A stretch of 63,614 bases of DNA, filler included, from Choristocarpus tenellus KU-1152 (lineage: Eukaryota; Protista; Phaeophyceae): assembly GCA_964200185.2 (NCBI GenBank). It is 9 parts of 9 records of this genome, joined end to end, with 100 filler letters (N's around TTAATTAATTAA, not from the genome) between each part and the next. Parts side by side here need not be neighbours in the genome. Positions count along the whole stretch, not along the records: positions 31,253 to 41,990 come from CAXNAD020002748.1; positions 42,091 to 49,111 come from CAXNAD020006843.1; positions 49,212 to 56,380 come from CAXNAD020006587.1; 6 more parts are not named here. One strand, written 5' to 3'. Shown piece after piece: positions 38,610 through 51,800 of this stretch. The translations under genes and the position numbers were made by a program. The notes beneath the pieces were generated by a model. The model did no database searches, was not told where the DNA came from, and saw only the letters and a program-made list of their open reading frames with translations. Positions within the stretch are counted from its first letter, which is position 1; each line of letters begins with the position of its first letter.

Positions 38610-41080
38610 CAAACAATTGGTCTTATAGGCTGGTGTTTAATATTTTATCCTCACAATACAGCAAGGAGGAAGGTATTCGTTCAGGTCTCTAGCTATTCCA
38701 AGGTAGGTGGGGAGGGGAGGGGGGGGGCTCAACTCAAGCACAGAGAGGCCTCCTATCTGTCCTACACAATGCCTGTATACAGCTCAACCTTTAGCATGAA
38801 GACCAGAACAAAAAAAACAGGAATAAAAAAAACATTGAGAATTGTTTTCACTACTCCAATCTGGTTCAGGATTTACAAGTCGCGATTGGAGAAGATAGCT
38901 TCATTCCATAACCAAAACAATTTATGTCCCTTTTTTCATCCCAAACACGACCCTCCCTTCCCAATCCCTCCTCCAACACCTTATACAAACTCATAGAGGA
39001 AAGCAAAATTGAAGTACTAAGCTGCACTAAGACACTGCAGCAGCTACGGCAGTGGTATGGATACGGTGATCTTACCGACACTAGAGCCGTCCTTGCCATC
39101 TAGTAAACCCCTACTGCTGCTCCCCACCAGCCCCTCAGGCCGCCTCACTGACCCAGACAGTGGATCGAAGGTCCTCACACTGTCAGCAATGGACTCCATG
39201 CTACGTCCCAGTGCGGACACATGAGAAGTATTATCATCCTTGTCTATTTCCCCTCTGGGAAATTTGTCCAGTGGCAGCGTTGCTGGGGATTGACAGATCA
39301 CCTTGCTCTTGAGATGAACCCTCTTTCTGCCCTCGAAAAAAGGTGGAAATCGGGCGGATATGGGTTATATTTGTGTGTGTGGGGGGGGGAATGAGTGTGC
39401 GAATGTCAGTGCGAATGTACCGTAGTTGTGGTTTTTTGACCAGGGCATAGACAACGTGACTAATGCTGACGTTGACAGGATAGGGACAGAATGCTTCAAC
39501 TTGCTTGTTGTGGCACATAATCCACCCCATTGGCAGCAGCATTGGTTTGCATACATTTTCCCCATCTTGTTGAGAGTAGCGTGCCATAGTTCAAGAAACA
39601 CTTCAATTTTACTAATGTGACGCACAGGTCATCCCACCGATGGAGATTGTTTTTCATAAGTTTTCCCCACTCCCCCTAAAATGTACAATCATGTTTCATT
39701 CGTGGATTTACATTTTCCTCTGGTAGTAGACGCAACAACAATAAACTTTAGCTGGCTGATGACATATGCAAGCGCTAATATGGCAAACGAATTGTAGAGG
39801 GGGATAAGACTGTTGTAGGGTACCCAAAAAGGAATATTTCTTGACCAAGGTTAAAGAGGCGAGTTGGAGTTCATCCACCTTTGTACTATTCCAACCAAAG
39901 AGGATGGCAAAATCCCCTGTGGAACCATAGAAGCCAACCAATCCGTGCCATTTACATTTTCCCCTTCACCAATCAGAAAGGGTAACACACAGGAAAGGCC
40001 ACTGGCTATATATATACATATATATATATACACACATATATATTGGAGGGGTGGGTGTTGGGAGTGTGTGTTTCCCACGTAGAGGTATCTTGGAGATACC
40101 CCGCCATGAACCGAAAAGGTCATCTTTTTCACTGCTGAATAAGATGATCCCTCATACAATATACTTGTACATTTTAGTGGCTTCACCTGGTGCAGTTGAC
40201 GTCAACGCTCAGCCCTCGATGGGGACTTGCTTTTGTTGAGGTGAGGGCAAGGAAGTCTTGGCGTGACATATGGCTTGCGTCCTTCGGGCGGGCACGTAGT
40301 TGGAGCAATGTAACAGACATGTGTGGGAGGGGTGGGGGGGTGAACATGTGAATGGAATCCTATTGATGTGGGCGAGCAGACAACTTAACTTTCACAATCT
40401 TTGTGCGTGCATCACACCTTGAATTGATTGGTCCTCCAAAAGCAGGTGCCAAGAAGAAGCGCTGCTTTTCAGAGGTGCACACTATTATTACTATTATTGT
40501 TATATTATCGCTATCATGTTGTTATTCTTAGTAGTAACATTGTTACTACTACCAAAGAAAAAAAGAGGAAAAAACGTATAGCCGAGGTCAACAGGTGGAC
40601 GACTTTTATATACATGGTGGCTTTACCCTCGAGGCCATTCGTCTAGTTGGTAACAAGTAGTAAAAAAAAATGTAATGGTGATGATAGAGCTGAGAAAAAC
40701 AAGGTGACTATGCTTGCATGTTGGCTATACATGTCACCACCACAAATAAAAAATAAAATAACCCTGTCATCAAACCATATATATAATATATTACTGCACA
40801 ATATACATACAAAGAGTTCTTCGCAACAGAAAAAAATATAATACTATTTTTTGTGGGGGGGCAAATCCAGACGGACTTGCTTTATGCGATGTTACGATGC
40901 GGATGATATGGACCTGATAGGGACCTGCCTTGGTGCTTCACTCACCTTTTCGAGTCCTGGCCCTTCCCTTACATCCCCATCCTGCTCCACAAGCACACCT
41001 GGGCACAGCTCCATGCTCTCCAGGAGCAATGGCTTTTGGGGGTGGTGCAGTAAGATGAGGGACAGACCTTGCTTTAGCAT
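36407..41080 (-). CDS. Unknown Ser/Pro/Gly-rich, probably disordered protein; 3' exons
   Basis: Phase-consistent chain about 39331-39076, 38196-37958, 36952-36407 (stop). Probable upstream exons at about 41080-40946 and 40281-40187; their link to 39331 is unresolved. Confidence 0.55.
37124..37387 (+). mobile_element. MITE family A, copy 3 (intronic)
   Basis: Co-linear with the other copies; flanks GAAA/AAAA. Confidence 0.9.
37670..37927 (+). mobile_element. MITE family A, copy 4 (intronic)
   Basis: Co-linear with the other copies; perfect TSD TCAG/TCAG. Confidence 0.92.
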
Positions 41081-42264
41081 TTAGCACTGCTTCAAATCCT
41101 CTGGTGGTAGAGGACAGAGCTGCTCTCATGAGGCACTTACTTCATGAGATCGCTATGTGAAAATGAAACTAGAGAGAGCATTTGATGGAAATTGAAAGGG
41201 GACAAATATATGGAGCTGAGGGAGGCAGTTGGTGATTGATGGGGGTTGGCTGATTCTGGGAGCCAGCAGTGGTGATTGGGAGCTAAGGTTCACTTCTGGC
41301 GGTGGTGAGGTCCTCTGGAGTACGGCCTTCGTTCTGGCTATTCCGAAAATTTCGCAGAAAGACAGGGTCGGAGATTTTTTTTTCGAGAGTGCCAAAAAAA
41401 AAAGGTGTTAATTATCTTCTTTTTTTCCCAATTTCCGATTCTTTCATACAATTGCGTTTTTTTCCTCTTTCGTCCAATCAGACAACTTTCTATTCTGGAA
41501 AAGAATTTATACATCACTTTCTTGAAGGAACCCGTGTCGGGATGTTGGCAAGGCTTCCACATTATCTTTTTTTGTTTTGTTTTTTGTCTATTATTGAGCG
41601 TTTCATATCGTAGGTTTCACCACCTGTCGAAGGATGTCTGATGTGGCTGTGGTGATGGTAATGGTGTGACGACCCAAACATAATGTGTAGGTTGTCAAGA
41701 ATTTGGGATTTCATATTTCCACTACTTCTAGGCACAATAGATACAGCAAAACGAAGTTTTCGCTGTTGTGAGTGGACCCAAGGGTCGGTATGAGAAAGAA
41801 GGTATACATGAATATTCTCATACATATATATATATATGTGGCAGGATGGAAATTGAGTCCATGTAAGCGGGAGAGGTACCCATGGTTTCATTTATGGATG
41901 CTGACAAGTGAGTCCAAATTTTGTTTTGTTTTTTGCCGTAAAAGTAAAAATAAAATTGGAAATATATGGGTCAAAGAATCTGGGGGGGGGNNNNNNNNNN
42001 NNNNNNNNNNNNNNNNNNNNNNNNNNNNNNNNNNTTAATTAATTAANNNNNNNNNNNNNNNNNNNNNNNNNNNNNNNNNNNNNNNNNNNNAAAATCATTT
42101 AAATGGGCTGAAATCTACTCATTAAAGAGGGTCAAAGTATCTGGGGGGGGGGATGCCGGCATCCGTTTTTGACCTGATACCTTGACTCCTTACAACAAGT
42201 TTCCTGGTGAGTCCCAGAGGAGAATTACCAGATGGAGCAAGGTACAAAAGACATCATCGCACAC

Positions 42265-44642
42265 CTTCTTGGAAACGCCAATAACCTCGTGGATATCTGT
42301 CTCGGCCACGACCTTGAAAATCTTCCGCATGTCCTAGTAGCAGTAGAAGAGCAGGATAAGCAACAGGGACGAGTTCTGGATGGTTTTGGACACCGTTGGA
42401 GAGAAGTCCTTAAAGGGTTTGTATCCGAAAACCAGGATTCAGTCAACAGAGGCGATGCAGAGAGATATCATGCTTATCGGAGTCACCCCCACTGAGGGAG
42501 ACCGGCCTTCTAAACGAGTCACATCCCATTTTATTCCATCTGTTTTTGTGGAACACAAACGGGCACATTCACAGCGTGATTCTAAGTGCGTGTTTTAACC
42601 CGTGAAAACTCTAACTGTTTTGTCCAAAAAAATATATTTCAGAATGTTTTCCTTGTGTGTTGAAAATTACACATACAAGAACAGTAGTAGTGTTTGATAA
42701 TGTCTGTCGTGTATCATTACACGGTTGATGAAAGACTCATAGATTTAAAGGCCAACGCTTTAAAGTATGCATCGCAACCTGGGCAACTTAGTTCCTCCAA
42801 AATAATGGCTTGTAACAAAGTGTCATGAAATTAATGAAACGGTTATGCACAATTATATACACCTCATCTCTTGCCTGAGAAGACAAGTGCGTAGTTGTTC
42901 AGCATTGCTTCGATGCATCAATCCATGGCAGCATGCACTGTGCAGTGGTACATGACAATATCACACTGTTGTAAATGCAACTCCAACCAACAGGTCAAAG
43001 TTACAAAATATTCCAAAAAAGTCAGACAGTCTGTATGGCTTGGAATAATCAGTTGGGAATCACGTGATGAAAAATTATAGTATACGCCCATTGATTAAGG
43101 TGCCCAACCTTGTTCCTGAACCTTCACTTAAAAAGAAATTAAAATTGGTCGACCTATGTACGACAAGAGCAGATGAAAATACGAGAGGGATGATTCTCAA
43201 ATGCGTCACAGAAGGGACCTAATGTCGTAGGAAGACACCCTACACTTAATACAGAGATTTGTGGCACAGAAAAACGGATATGCACATCTCACCTGCAAGC
43301 ATATGGCATCCACAAGTATGAGCAGAATGCTTGAAACATTGATCACGATACTGAATGATGTTCTCAAAATGTAGATCCAGTAGAATCCAGTCTCCAAAAA
43401 ACCGTTGAAAGAGATCAGACCCATTGTCCCATTACTCCACTCAGAAAGTGGTGAGAAAGAAGAGTAACCTTCAAACTTTGACCGGTCAAAAACAGCGTAG
43501 ACAATTGTAGTCACAGCAATCGGTATTCCAACCAGCAACGGCCATTTTTGTCTCGTGGGCCAGGATATGCAACTTCCAGTGATAATGAGGAGCCCCAGAG
43601 CCTGAAGGTGGGATGGGATTCGTGTGTTGCAAGGAGTGTACACTCTGCTCGTGAGTGGAACATACAAATCATCATAGGTACCATGTAATAGCCAGATGGG
43701 ACAAGAAAAAATTCAATCATCAAGAGAAAACTTGACCACACAGATGTTACTACCAATAACATGCTCAAGGGCTTACATTATTGCAACAAGTGAGGCATGT
43801 GTATGAGGAGGCATTGGTTGTATGTAACAGGAATGGGTCCAAGTAAGAATAAAGTTTGCTACAATTCTCTGGTGCAGATTACTGTCAGAGATAGCATGTC
43901 CAACAGAGTGATCCAAACGAACGAGTGATTAGACAGACAACAGGACACAACCAACCAATCATAACACGCTCCAAGAGCGAACTCCATGTATGTGGACATT
44001 TTTTGTACTTGGTTCAAGCAGCAACAAGATTCGGAGTAAACTCACAAGTTCCCATGTAAACTTTGGGAGCGCAAAATCGTTGGCTGTCAGGAGCCCCATG
44101 CTGCGCCCCCCAAGAGCGCTGACAAGAATTGATATCCCACAGCCCGCTCCCACCCTCAGAGCTGTGGGTATGTAAGACACAAGTGACAGGCGAAGTGCTG
44201 ATCCCATCACAACAGCTGCACAGAAGTTGGAGACGAACTGGGCAGCCAGGATATCGCCCACAGAGAAACTGAGATGCGATAGAGTTAAAAACAATGAGGG
44301 TCTTGACGTGGTAGTAGATAGCAGACATGAGGTTCAAGAATGTGGAAATATTTTTTGGATTTCTTTTGTGATTCGAAATCTTTGAAGCCTTCATTATCGG
44401 TTCGCCAACCATGATTAAATCCTGTTTAACGTTTGATGATGGATCAACAACACAAAACTATTCTCATTTCAAAGGTTACTGAGGTATGGAAGTGACCCAA
44501 AGTATCTGGGAGGGGGGGCTCTGCACCAGGGTATCCATTTCGGACATAACCAAGAAAAGTGCACTTACATTATCCATCCGACGTATGCAACCAAATCACC
44601 CAAAAATCGCGACATATAAAAATTGGCTCCAAATGGACACCG

Positions 44643-44675
<33 letters not shown>

Positions 44676-47600
44676 ACCCCACCCCANNNNNNNNNNCCTC
44701 GAACGCAGACAAACCACCCCAAAATAGCCGCCGTAAAAAAAAGTGGGTCGACACACCCCCCCCCCCCCCCCCCCCCCCCAGCCAGATACTTTGAGCCAAA
44801 TGAGGGAATGATGTTGATTTGTCTTTGAAACACTGTTGGAAATGAGGTCCAATATATGTGGCACATACGTATGACTGAGCAATATACTCTTGATCAAATA
44901 AGAGGGTATGTGTCACGAACGTATTCAACACAATCTAGGATATTGATCAACGTTCCTCATTACCAGGTTGGCTACCTTTGGTCCACGATAAATGATTATA
45001 GATGGTCAAAGTCTTCTTGTGCCATTTCCATCGGTTGCCCTCATGTACACCGTCAAGGGTAACCCAGAGCAGTCTAATATCAAAACCAGCTTGTTGATAC
45101 TTCATTGATGATTAGTTGGATATCCTACCTGCGTGAAGACAAAATATCAATCCCTAGCAAATCATCTCATCTCTAATCCCATAGAGTGTACAAAAGAGAC
45201 ACAATTCATGATGTTTAATGCCAAGTCTCAAAGTATCTGGGAAGGGGTGGCAACTGTCCATTTAGGGCCAATTTTTTTATGTGGCGATTTTTGTGCGATT
45301 TGGTTGCATATGTCGGATGCATAATGTATGTGCACTTTTCCTGGTTATGACCCAAATGGACACCCTGGTGTAGACGCCCCCCCCCCCTCCAGATACTTGG
45401 GGTCCAAACAACGAAGTGCTAAATATTGCACCACATTCCTTCCATTATCAAGCTAGCTAGATGTAATGTACACACAATGAACAATGTATCTGAATGTGTG
45501 TGTGGTAAATAATAGATTAATCACTGGCAAGGATTCTAATTGTAGATCTGCATTAAGTAAGGTCAAGTATAGGCTCTTTCGAGCCACCTCCTGCTTAGGA
45601 GCAATGTACTGGAGCACATTGCATTGACTTGAAAATAAGTCAATCCAATTGAGAGGTAGGAAGGTTTTGACCCTTCTGCATTCTAAGCCATCTTCCTCTT
45701 CCTATGCGATAATTCTATTTCATTGCCTCTTGTGCACACTAACTAGCGTACACAAAATTGATATTCCTCCTTTCCAAACACCAAGTGCCATACTTTAGCA
45801 AAGGCTCTACAACTTTGCAAAATGACATTTTTGCCCTTTCTCAGGATGCATACAATGCGACCCTGTCTACCTTTTGGATGGTTTGACATAAATGGCAGAT
45901 CACACTATGTATGGGTTAGAGGTTGCTCAATTACCAGGGATGATGGCAAGAGTAGCGGACTTGCGGATGGAATTGAGCCAGGTTGTTTGGCTCCTATACA
46001 TAGGACGGCATACTATAAGCTGGGCTCACTATGAGACTGCAGGTTCGTTAACGACAAATGTATCACTATCTACTGATAAGTGGATCACATTGTTTCAGGG
46101 TGATAATTTTTTTGCAGGATGGTACGAGGAAGGGCTTAAAGTTCCACCCCCCACCCCCCATACAGTGTCAACTAATCGGAATTGACTTATATTGCAGAAG
46201 GCTTGATGGTCATTCCTCAGCTCTGTTTGTTTGCATGACGATCCCTGTACTCATAAGCCAGATTTTCAAAGTCCAATTTGAAACTCCAATTTTTGCCACG
46301 TTTACAGCAACAATCGATAAAAGACAAATAATGCCATTTATCGCAACAATTCCATTTTTCACCATTTTAGGGATATATACTGAGTAGTGTCGTCACTTTA
46401 GGCTGGGGACTACCCCAGTCCGTGGTAAGAGGCACTATACACTGCACTACTTCTCATAATATTAATAGTAGCTAAATGTTGCGCCACTTGAATATATGAA
46501 GGAGATAAGTAGAGGAATCAGCCTCATTATACTACGGAAGTCACACTAAATATGATGAAACAAAAATGTTTTAGAGATATTACATTCTATAAATTGTTCT
46601 GCAAAATGGCCTCCTTTTCCGACTCATGTAGTTCTTGAGCCACAAAGCTGACTCTATAAACAGGATTAAGGAAGAGCCAAATATTGAGGAAGTTACTAAA
46701 CAAATACGTATCTACTCCCAACTACCGTACTCCCAACAGCCTCACACAATGTTCGAAGGAAATGGTGGATAGAGTATCCCAAATTATACGGGTATCGAAT
46801 AGAACTGGGGTAATCTGGCTGGATTTACTGCAGTAACGTTTTGCTAGGGGAACCAGGGTATGGAAGTGATGACCGTTGGATTTCCTCCTAAAAAACGGGG
46901 TGGGTGGGACCTTTTGATTCCCTCAATCCCTGCAGTCTCAACGTATCTGGGAAGGGGTGGCAACTGTCCATTTAGGGCCAATTTTTTTACGTGGCGATTT
47001 TTGTGTGATTTGGTTGCATATGTCGGATGCATAATGTGTGTGCACTTTTCCTGGTTATGACCCAAATGGACACCCTGGTGTAGACGCCCCCCCCCCCTCC
47101 AGATACTTGGGGTCTGCACCAACGCTGCTATGTTGAAAGTAAAACAGAGCGAATACAACCTGTTACAGAGAGACATCTTATGGGCTAAGTCTCCACAAGG
47201 AATTGGTAGGGATCATAATTTGGATGGAACGAATATCCCATTTTTTCTTTTTGTTGGACGACCTATGTTCTAGAATTTCGACTAATTGAGTCAAGGCTTC
47301 GGCAGAATGAAATTTCATCAGGCCGTGTACAGTGTTCAGTAAACCTTTCCTAGGTCAGGGTTGTAGTGAAGTTGATGCAACCCCACCCTAAAACTCACAA
47401 TCCTGTTCCGTACGACTTCTTCAACATGTGTGAGGAACACGTAATGCGGAAAATGATGTGTGCTTTTCTTCAAAGTGTGGGGGGTTACAATTTTTTCTTG
47501 TTTGCGACCACCAATGACCCACATCGTGTTTCTGTGGGTGGATGTTGATTGTCGATCACGCACGCATCTTTGAACGAAAGGGGACACGGCAGAAATAAAG

Positions 47601-48859
47601 AGAAGCGTAGCAACTTGCAGTAATACAATTTATACTGTCACGCAGATATATATTGTGGGGGGAAACAGGAGGTGTACCTACCTATATGACCCTTTATGAG
47701 GATCCTTAGTGAATGATTCTGGACTTTTGTAACAAATCTCGATTTCTGTGAATTAGAGAGTGAAAGTATTTTAGAGGGTACGAGTTTGCCCTGTTTGTCT
47801 GTTTGGGGCTTGACTTCCCACGGGCTTTTTATGACATTTTACCTACTCCGAATAATTTCCTAGCAGGTAAAATGTATACGTTATGAAAAGGTGTGTACGG
47901 GAACAAGGATATTGACATTTCCTAACAAACATGATACTCAAAATTGCATCAAAATATCAACATTAGATTTTGACCCCCAAATGGAGGCGACTCTACTCTC
48001 TAAGATACTTTGACTCAGAACGACTTCAATTTCATCCATCAGACAGTAGCAGGAAGGTGTCCCCTCGAAGCATGATCCAGTGCAACGCCCAAGGATCCCC
48101 TTCTCCTTGCATTTGAAGCCACTCTCTTCATCTTTTGCAATTCACCCTTATTTCTATAAATTAAGTGCCATGATTGATCTGAGATAACTTTTTTCTCTAT
48201 TGTTTGAAAAAAAATTAACAGAATTTGAAAAAGTCTGTACGCATTTGTACAAAAAGTTGAATGTTGCTTGCACATTTGTCAGCATCCTTAAAATACAACC
48301 CTGGATATCTCTTGTTTTCATGAACTCTTTTCGCGCGCATTTTGGAAACCTAACCCTAACCCTAAACCTAAATTCTGTGTGAAAAATATCCCTAACTAGT
48401 CAAGGAACTATTCTGGAAGAAGTTTCACATTATGGTGAAGCAGTACAGTCTGTACTGGGGAATCACCACATCTCAAGGATCCACCAATGGCATCTCGTTT
48501 GCACTTTTTCACAAATATTCTATAAGAAAATAAACCTAAACCCGTCCCTGACCCTGACCCTGTGAAAAATATCCCTAATAATGTTGGAAAGGAAAAAGGA
48601 TGACATAGGTGGTTCCTCTGTGCACCGCTACAGTTCGCTAACACCGATGTTTTGATGGCGAGATATTTGGCCTCTCCTGTTTTGGTGCAAGATGTAAGCT
48701 CTTACCTCGAACGGCGGGTGTAGAGGACTGATGGCGCCACAATTATCGGAAGATTGGTTATCACACCCATCATGACAGTGCTCAACGCAGCAGCAAGCAA
48801 GAACCCTTCACCAGTCGCATTAACGCTGTAGTCATCATCCCCAATGAACAGTTGAGCAT
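42265..48859 (-). CDS. Divergent AzgA-type (NCS2/NAT) nucleobase permease, internal exons
   Basis: Phase-consistent exons 48859-48706, 44268-44046, 43601-43293, 42333-42265. FLLAAALSTVMMGVITNLPIIVAPS and ILAAQFVS...LRLSLVSYIPTALRVGAGCGISILVSALG match the AzgA pattern MG..ANLP...APG and R..I...IP..L..A...GIG.F.A.IG. Several hydrophobic segments. Confidence 0.75.
44494..44797 (-). mobile_element. MITE family C, inverted copy; may be composite across a 10-N gap
   Basis: 44494-44645 is a diverged reverse complement of 45225-45404, followed by poly-C tracts and the end AGATACTTTGAGCC. Confidence 0.75.
45225..45404 (+). mobile_element. MITE family C, copy 1 (180 bp)
   Basis: Ends GTCTCAAAGTATCTGG...CCAGATACTTGGGGTC; I count 4 differences from 46935-47114. 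Confidence 0.92.
46935..47114 (+). mobile_element. MITE family C, copy 2 (180 bp)
   Basis: Near-identical to 45225-45404; perfect TSD TGCA/TGCA. Confidence 0.92.
47758..48016 (+). mobile_element. MITE family A, copy 5 (intronic)
   Basis: Both TIRs and the internal hairpin are present; no clean 4-bp TSD (TAGA/AGAA). Confidence 0.9.
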
Positions 48860-51800
48860 CTGGTGTGCACAGAAATGTGTCAGAGTCAGTAGGCAAGCAA
48901 GACACCTCTTGTTTACAATGGATTTCTCTTGCACAGTTCCCTCTCGATAACCAACAGACGACCATTGGGGGTCAGTTGCAGAGTTAGGGTCTACTAGTCA
49001 TACAAGGGAGTAGGGTCAAAGTATCTTGGGGGGGGGTGTCGGCGTCCGTTCTTCACTTTTTTGGTGTGGTTTGGTCGCACGGGTCGGATTTGAAATTTCA
49101 GCAAAAAAAGGNNNNNNNNNNNNNNNNNNNNNNNNNNNNNNNNNNNNNNNNNNNNTTAATTAATTAANNNNNNNNNNNNNNNNNNNNNNNNNNNNNNNNN
49201 NNNNNNNNNNNCCCCCCCTGGCTCCAATTTGTCCTGTTGGAGGATATCATTTGAACAAGTGTGCGTATCATCACGGTTTGTATACTTATTAGCGAGTGCA
49301 CCAATTCTCAAAATTGTTCTTAGTGGCGATAAAGCGACCCTAAGCACTATACCAACCTAGAACGGACAGCTGACTAGAAATATAACTAATTCAATTTACT
49401 TGATGTTTGTCTGGTGCTGCTATCCAAGTGTGCAGAAATTGGTCACTAATGAAGCTGTAGAGGTTCAAAGAACATCGAAAAACTTAATACCATTTCTTTG
49501 AACTATGGTGTGTGTTGACTTGTGGTGGAACAAATAGAACCAAATAAAACTCTCCATGAATTTGAGTTGGTTGGATCATTTTACGTTCCTGACTATATTT
49601 CGTTGAGATAATTGAGATGTGATTGCCCCGAATCACGTCGAGTTTTATTTATCGGCCACGATCACCCCCTTTGTTTCATTATTATGCCCTTTTACATCCC
49701 CTTTATTGTAGCACCTCTAGTTGGTGGGTGGATATGCATACTATGTTCAAAACGGTATGTGCACTATTATAAAAACCAAGAAATCTCTGGCAACAGTCTT
49801 CGATCTTATTGTAGCTACCTGTTGCCTGTATTATAGTCGTTTGCTCACTAGATTGAGTGTGTGATTGGGTTAGCACAGCCGTTTGCCAGTAGGAACAACA
49901 AACGATGGGGAGAGTAGAGGAGGTTCCCGACTCTCTTACAGGAGTGGCAATACGATCAGCACTGCACCCAGAACCCGCATCTGCGTATCATCTGCCTAGT
50001 ACTAGGGTCAAATCTACGTGGACCTGATCTGCATGTCTATCTGCAATCATTTGCTTGTTGCATCACACTTCCACCAGTGGACGATATTGCTATTGCTAGT
50101 TAGACCTATAAAATACGTGCAGTTGGGGCTTGTGTTTATTGAGCCCTACATACTATAGTACTATGGTGTAGCATAGCGGCAACAGCGCATGGGTGTGCGT
50201 GCATATACAGGCAGATTTAGAACATATATCCATGCCTACCTGTACAAAGAGTTTAACACGATACTTACAACATCGGAAGGTAAATCCAAGATTGATGTGG
50301 ACTCTTTTTTTGTAGATTTAGACACCTGTTTGTGTCAGTATGAACGAAGAGAGAACCTCGCCATGTTTGCCTAGTTTTGTTTGGAAGTTGATATGCAGCA
50401 ATGATGATGGAGCTTTACACTTTAAGTAGCTTGGACTCAAGGAGGTAGTGCAACTTGATGACCTAGTAGTACAGTGGTATCTCAATCCTTGAGATTCATG
50501 GTGGATGAGTACTTAGGTGTTTGTTTAGAGGTAGAAGTTACACCCTTTCCCATCCCATTCCTCACCCTTATCACCCTAATATGGTAACGTCCTCCATCCT
50601 TTCTTATTGACCAATATAGACCATTGCCAATCAAGAATGCTTCGCTATGTCTAAAAAAAGACCTATCATTACCCGTAGTGTAAAGAAACGAAAAGTAAGA
50701 CAAAAGTAAGGGACATGAAGAGATCATATCGTATGAACGAGCGGGGTCGTATCATGTAATCATTTCACATGCTAGAGCTGGGGATGTTCATGTTCATTGT
50801 TGGTCAATACATAAAAAGACGAAAAATATGATATGTCACGAATATGAGTACTACTACTGATAGTGGAGACGGAGTACACTGTGGATCAAACATTATGAAA
50901 AGTGACATTTTAGTAGTGAGTCATGTTACTCATTACTAATGTGCTACTGGTGAAATAATAATGTCATACGAATATTGTATTACTGGCAGACAGTGGACAT
51001 CAGAGGATGCAAGAAGAGAATTCGACAAGGCGATACTTGAATACTGTGTGACACTGTGTGACACTGTGTGTTAAATGGCGCCATGGTACATGAAATTTGT
51101 GAAGTCATGGCTTTGAAGGACGGCAATGAAGCTTTGAAACTGATCGCGTGCACAACAGTGACGTGCGCATATATTTGTAAATATAGTCATTGTAGAGCTG
51201 ATGAAATTGATGTACATTACTCAATACATAAGGAGTCAATCAATGTGGTCTGTAAGCTTGAATACCACTGAGATGGAAACGCGAGCCTGCCGTATATTGC
51301 GAACCAAGTATAAAAGTTCGGAGTGTAAGTTATGGCACTAGCCCATGGTGTTCACTAATGCGACATTTCCTAAAGAGTACTGTAGGCAAACGGTGTAGGA
51401 GAGAGTTTGCCAAGGAGGTGTTGGAGTAATGTGCAAGATGTCAAATGATGTGTGTGTAATGTGTGAAGACACTGAGTCCAAGGTTGGCAATGAAGCTTCG
51501 ATGCTGGGGACAGTGTACGATTGGTGTTGGGGATTTTAACAACAAAACTATAGGGCTGGGAAGAATAACAGCACCTTGATGTTGCACGATGTATTTGGCG
51601 TCCAATGTACTTTTAGCTGTAGTATTTGTGTAACTTCATGTACTTTTTTAGGTTGCGATTTTGTCAACACAATAAGAGAGCTCTTCGTGGGAACGTTCTG
51701 GAAGTGGGTAGTGCACCTTGATAGGACATTGATGGAGGAGAACTTCCTCTGCACTCTCGTTATATCGGATGATTGGGTAAAGTAGCGATGTACGACCAGC

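Noticed and set aside
41991-42090. Joining the AzgA exons to the 36407-41080 gene
   Set aside because: A pad of unknown size intervenes, and the downstream exons lack the AzgA C-terminal ES..G...GGRTG motif and transmembrane segments.
42232-42495. Plus-strand 87-aa ORF, or stop-codon readthrough on the minus strand
   Set aside because: The apparent in-frame TAG is a splice acceptor after a pyrimidine tract; exon 42333-42265 explains the coding signal.
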